A stretch of 64,000 bases of DNA, from contig CAVNZM010000008.1 in NCBI GenBank assembly GCA_963693365.1, positions 6,954,830 to 7,018,829 on the forward strand. Direction: 5' to 3'. Below the pieces are notes generated by a model that did not search any database, was not told where the DNA came from, and saw nothing but the letters and a program-made list of their open reading frames with translations. Shown here in pieces: positions 63,126 through 64,000 of this stretch. The position numbers were made by a program, and so were the translations under genes. Numbering within the stretch: the first letter of the stretch is position 1; each line of letters starts with the position of its first letter. This DNA is from Amoebidium appalachense. Its lineage: Eukaryota > Protista > Ichthyosporea.

Positions 63126-63601
63126 GTGTGCCTTTGTCCCTTTGTCTGTCTGTGTGTGCTCCCTTTCTGTCCGTTTGTCTGCGTGTGTATGTGCTGTGTC
63201 CCTATGTCTAGGTGCGTGTGTAAATCTTCACCTCTGCATGTGTGCGTGTGTGCCTCTCTCCCTCTGTCCGTCCCTGTGCCCCCCTTTCTCCCTCTGCGTG
63301 TGCACGTACCACTGCTGACATTGTACTGGAAGGCCTCTGCCGCCGGGTCCAGGTTTATGACGTGCACCGTGCGCCCTGTGGTCTCGCAGTGCGCCTGCAC
63401 CGTGTGGCAGTACGTCGACTGCAAGCAAACAAAAGGTGTCAGCACACCCACAGAGGCCCCCCCCCACGCCTATCACCACACAGGCCCCAGCCAGACGCTG
63501 CAGCCACATATGCCATACTCCTACCGCACACAGACCACACTGCCACGTAGCCTTACCTTGCCGCTGCCGGCAGGGCCGATGACCAGCTGCGCGTACTTCA
63601 T
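59707..63601 (-). CDS. GPN3: GPN-loop GTPase 3 homolog, multi-exon
   Basis: [15 protein letters not shown]|[27 protein letters not shown]|[17 protein letters not shown]|[53 protein letters not shown] and a terminal [10 protein letters not shown]. Confidence 0.95.
61475..61797. repeat. 19-bp intronic minisatellite abutting a GPN3 branch point
   Basis: GTGCCTATTGTATTCATGA, about 17 copies; on the sense strand it runs into ..AGGCACTAAC..GCAG|. Confidence 0.93.
62008..62475 (-). repeat. ~31-bp minisatellite made of a GPN3 exon end plus its 5' splice site
   Basis: Sense unit TTTATACTGGCCTACTGCATGGA|GTAAGGGGGG, about 14-15 copies; the real junction is CTGATCTACTGCATGGA|GTAAG. Confidence 0.93.
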
Positions 63602-63860
63602 CGTGCCTGCCTGTGCCTGCCTGTGCCTGCCTGCAGCTGCGGTTTTGTTCCTCTGCGTGCGCGAGAGAATAAATAGTGAGTATACGTAAGCCCCTTCGAG
63701 CTGCAACAGGATGCACGTGGAATGGTGTACTTTTCCCGCCCCAGTATTTTATAGTCTTGAGTAGAGCCAGACGATTGGTCAAAGGACAGATCTATTGCAC
63801 TTATTCGCCCACGCATAAGATGCCCCCCTCCCCCCTCTCCCCCCTCCCATGCACTCCACC

Positions 63861-63903
<43 letters not shown>

Positions 63904-64000
63904 AAAAAATAATAATAAAAAAAGCCAGTATCCACACACATATCCACACACACACACCCACAAACAAACACACCAACACACATGTGCACACACACACACA

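Overview
Intron-rich eukaryotic DNA with GT-AG introns, long poly-C/poly-G tracts and (CA)n tracts. The gene and TE content suggests a unicellular opisthokont, possibly an ichthyosporean; this is inference only. Positions 1-41.6 kb are a nested transposon block. In order it holds: a decayed Ty3/Gypsy pol; the probable left end of a CACTA-like element followed by a 182-bp satellite; a Ngaro-type tyrosine-recombinase retrotransposon lacking its 5' half; a >=20-kb Plavaka (CACTA/CMC-like) element; a second, unrelated DIRS-like RT remnant; a second Ngaro copy lacking its 3' end; and a LINE 3' fragment. The Plavaka element carries a 12-exon, ~961-aa transposase, a divergently transcribed HMG/YABBY-box-like gene and a small Cys/His-rich gene. 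It also has an ~11-bp-phased RYRTTC motif and a 1.5-kb inverted duplication that brackets transposase exons 6-8. Positions 43-64 kb are host genes: a C12orf4/FERRY3 homolog (-), an ABCB8 homolog (+) and a GPN3 homolog (-). Many of their introns contain minisatellites seeded from splice signals. All gene models were spliced by eye and need RNA-seq confirmation.
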